Below the pieces are notes generated by a model. That model was not told the DNA's origin and did not search any database. It saw only the letters and a program-made list of their open reading frames with translations. A stretch of DNA of 36,106 bases from positions 1 through 36,106 of the IMG/VR virus record IMGVR_UViG_3300025676_000003; one strand, given 5' to 3'. The position numbers and the translations under genes were made by a program. Of this stretch, positions 34,690 through 36,106 are shown piece after piece; the stretch's first letter is position 1, and each line of letters begins with the position of its first letter. Origin of the DNA: a virus. Lineage: Duplodnaviria; Caudoviricetes.

Positions 34690-34821
34690 AAGACGTAGCT
34701 GTAAATCTACGATAAAAATTACTAAACTTCAATAGAAATATTGTTGGGTCAGATAGCAAAAATCTTTTCTTTTTGTAGGCTTTTTCTTTTCTTTCTTTTA
34801 CCCTTTTCTTTCTTTTCTTTT
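34690..34821 (+). ncRNA. Candidate structured non-coding RNA / origin-priming transcript ending in a pyrimidine mirror repeat
   Basis: Hairpins CGTAG/CTACG (34694-34711), CAATA-GAAA-TATTG (34730-34743) and GCAAAAA/TTTTTGT (34756-34776), then a U-rich tract. Confidence 0.4.
34782..34821. repeat. Perfect 18-bp homopyrimidine mirror repeat with 4-nt loop
   Basis: TTTTCTTTTCTTTCTTTT-ACCC-TTTTCTTTCTTTTCTTTT. Confidence 0.85.
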
Positions 34822-34969
34822 AATCTAATACTTCAAATAGAAACTTAATTAAAAACAATACACATATACTTTTTAGCAGTAAGATGTTTAGTGAAGGAGA
34901 TATTATAACAAATAAAAACAATATAGCTAGTACAATTAATATTGTGTTATATATATATTTAAATTTCAT
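34820..34969 (-). CDS. 49-aa two-TM membrane protein
   Basis: MKFKYIYNTILIVLAILFLFVIISPSLNILLLKSICVLFLIKFLFEVLD; overlaps the upstream lipoprotein stop. Confidence 0.45.
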   Translation of the reverse strand: MKFKYIYNTILIVLAILFLFVIISPSLNILLLKSICVLFLIKFLFEVLD

Positions 34970-35087
34970 ATGTTATTCTTTTGTCTGGATATAATTGAAT
35001 TTTATTCACCTTAACATTATCTGTATTAAGTTTAGTTGTTGAACAACCAAATGATATAAACAGTATAAATGTAATTACCCTAATCAT
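34959..35087 (-). CDS. 42-aa putative lipoprotein
   Basis: MIRVITFILFISFG-CSTTK signal peptide and lipobox; ATGA overlap with the upstream gene. Confidence 0.55.
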   Translation of the reverse strand: MIRVITFILFISFGCSTTKLNTDNVKVNKIQLYPDKRITYEI

Positions 35088-35218
35088 CTTTTTTTACCTT
35101 GTCCTATATACTTTTTTTTATAAGCAGCTTGTGACTTGGAAGCATTTTTAGAATGTACTCCAGGTCTCTTCTTCTTTTTAGGAGGAATATAAATTGCTAC
35201 CTTAGCTTTCTTTGGCAT
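35084..35218 (-). CDS. 44-aa highly basic protein
   Basis: MPKKAKVAIYIPPKKKKRPGVHSKNASKSQAAYKKKYIGQGKKR. Confidence 0.7.
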   Translation of the reverse strand: MPKKAKVAIYIPPKKKKRPGVHSKNASKSQAAYKKKYIGQGKKR

Positions 35219-35250
35219 TATTTACAAATACAAATGTCGCAATTACACAT
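35218..35250 (-). CDS. 10-aa Cys-rich micro-peptide MCNCDICICK
   Basis: Starts 1 nt after the holin stop; its TAA overlaps the next ATG (TAATG). Confidence 0.5.
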   Translation of the reverse strand: MCNCDICICK

Positions 35251-35251
35251 A

Positions 35252-35626
35252 TTAATTAGTTTTATTATTAAATTTCTCAAAGGTACGCATACCGCCTAAC
35301 CCTAACATACCAATTAAAACAGTCATTAAATGTTCCATCTGTAATGCTGGAGGTACCTGTTCAGGTCCAATAAACCATATTAGTAAATCTCTTAATACAA
35401 AGTTGTATGCTAATGCTACTCCACATACCCAACCAATAAAAGGTCTCCAACCAGCAACAAATATCGTTCTATGTTGAGCTTCTATTTTATTGATTTCTCC
35501 CTGCAGTTCTATAAGCTTCTGAGGGTCTATCTCCTTTCCTTTGATAAGCTCTCTTATTTCGAGTCCTAGACCGCTTAAATCGCCTGTCTTGCCTATACCT
35601 AAAATTCTTAGTAGTCCTTTCAACAT
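35252..35626 (-). CDS. Holin, 3TM GTA-type (DUF3154)
   Basis: EINKIEAQH..FVAGWRPFIGWVCG..LIGMLGLGGMRTFEK. Confidence 0.85.
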   Translation of the reverse strand: MLKGLLRILGIGKTGDLSGLGLEIRELIKGKEIDPQKLIELQGEINKIEAQHRTIFVAGWRPFIGWVCGVALAYNFVLRDLLIWFIGPEQVPPALQMEHLMTVLIGMLGLGGMRTFEKFNNKTN

Positions 35627-35637
35627 ACTATGTTTAA

Positions 35638-35748
35638 TTATAGTCCTGTTTTAAACAGTAATTTAGTTATTAATTTATTCCATTTAGTAACAAACCAACC
35701 GTTTAAGTTTCTAAATTGTTGTGCTAACCACTCAAATATTCTTGCCAT
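35638..35748 (-). CDS. 36-aa amphipathic peptide
   Basis: MARIFEWLAQQFRNLNGWFVTKWNKLITKLLFKTGL; fills a gap in the lysis cluster. Confidence 0.6.
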   Translation of the reverse strand: MARIFEWLAQQFRNLNGWFVTKWNKLITKLLFKTGL

Positions 35749-35751
35749 AAT

Positions 35752-35913
35752 TTATTTTTTATCGAATTTATCTAAAAGTTGTATTATCTTAATTACTGTA
35801 TAAACCAACGTTGCTACTATTAATAATGCTTGTAATACTTCATTCAATTGTGTCATAGATATTATATAAACTACTATTCCTATTATTGTTGGTTTAAAGC
35901 TAATGTAAGTCAT
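35752..35913 (-). CDS. 53-aa two-TM holin-like protein
   Basis: MTYISFKPTIIGIVVYIISMTQLNEVLQALLIVATLVYTVIKIIQLLDKFDKK. Confidence 0.65.
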   Translation of the reverse strand: MTYISFKPTIIGIVVYIISMTQLNEVLQALLIVATLVYTVIKIIQLLDKFDKK

Positions 35914-35917
35914 ATCA

Positions 35918-36106
35918 TTAATTTATTTTAATTGCCATATATATATAAGTTGAACCACTTGCATTTCTGTCAGCATCACTATCTTCCATTTTAAAACCAT
36001 TAGATTCAAAAGATAATCTTAAACCAGTAAATTCTGAATCACTTGTATTTGCCCTCAACATTGGCTCTCCCCTAACACTATCAAACATATTCCAATTTCC
36101 TGTCCC
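35918..36106 (-). CDS. C-terminal end of the origin-spanning tail fibre
   Basis: In frame with 1-3879: ..RLSFESNGFKMEDSDADRNASGSTYIYMAIKIN*. Confidence 0.85.
   Translation of the reverse strand, partial: GTGNWNMFDSVRGEPMLRANTSDSEFTGLRLSFESNGFKMEDSDADRNASGSTYIYMAIKIN

Noticed and set aside
36008-36106. 99-bp terminal repeat as the biological DTR
   Set aside because: It falls mid-gene and has a typical assembler k-mer length, so it reflects a circular assembly overlap.
1-36106. Alternative genetic code, tRNAs, integrase/lysogeny module
   Set aside because: Genes are intact under the standard code, and I recognised no tRNA fold, integrase or CI-like repressor by eye.

Overview
The window looks like a complete, circularly assembled tailed-phage genome of about 36,007 bp (bases 1-99 equal 36008-36106). 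It is probably a siphovirus of a marine Flavobacteriia/Bacteroidota host, judging by low GC, TAnnTTTG promoters and AT-rich translation starts without Shine-Dalgarno sites. Essentially all genes are on the minus strand. Modules: tail fibres/adhesins (35918-origin-5249); head and tail structure in shuffled order (5322-22007); DNA methyltransferase; an early/accessory island of micro-ORFs with host-type promoters (22.7-26.1 kb); terminase; replication, recombination and regulation genes (DnaA domain-IV protein, DUF3799-like nuclease, HNHs, DUF5664, ECF-like sigma factor, RusA, AAA helicase, SSB, ERF); lysis cluster. I saw no integrase, DNA polymerase, primase, tRNA, CRISPR array or reverse transcriptase. 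Most notable hidden structure: (1) a same-orientation family of 16-17 bp sites (AACCTAYTRYGTTTAA / AACCCTTTTGAATTTAA) in 21-bp-period arrays around the early island; (2) a -1 frameshift tail chaperone whose two frames both stay open; (3) a candidate phage sigma regulon WAC-N16-18-GTWATWWM with probably leaderless mRNAs; (4) plus-strand non-coding RNA candidates, one ending in a perfect 18-bp homopyrimidine mirror repeat; (5) a possible modular peptide-adaptor system for fibres. All functional calls come from motif recognition by eye; no searches were run.
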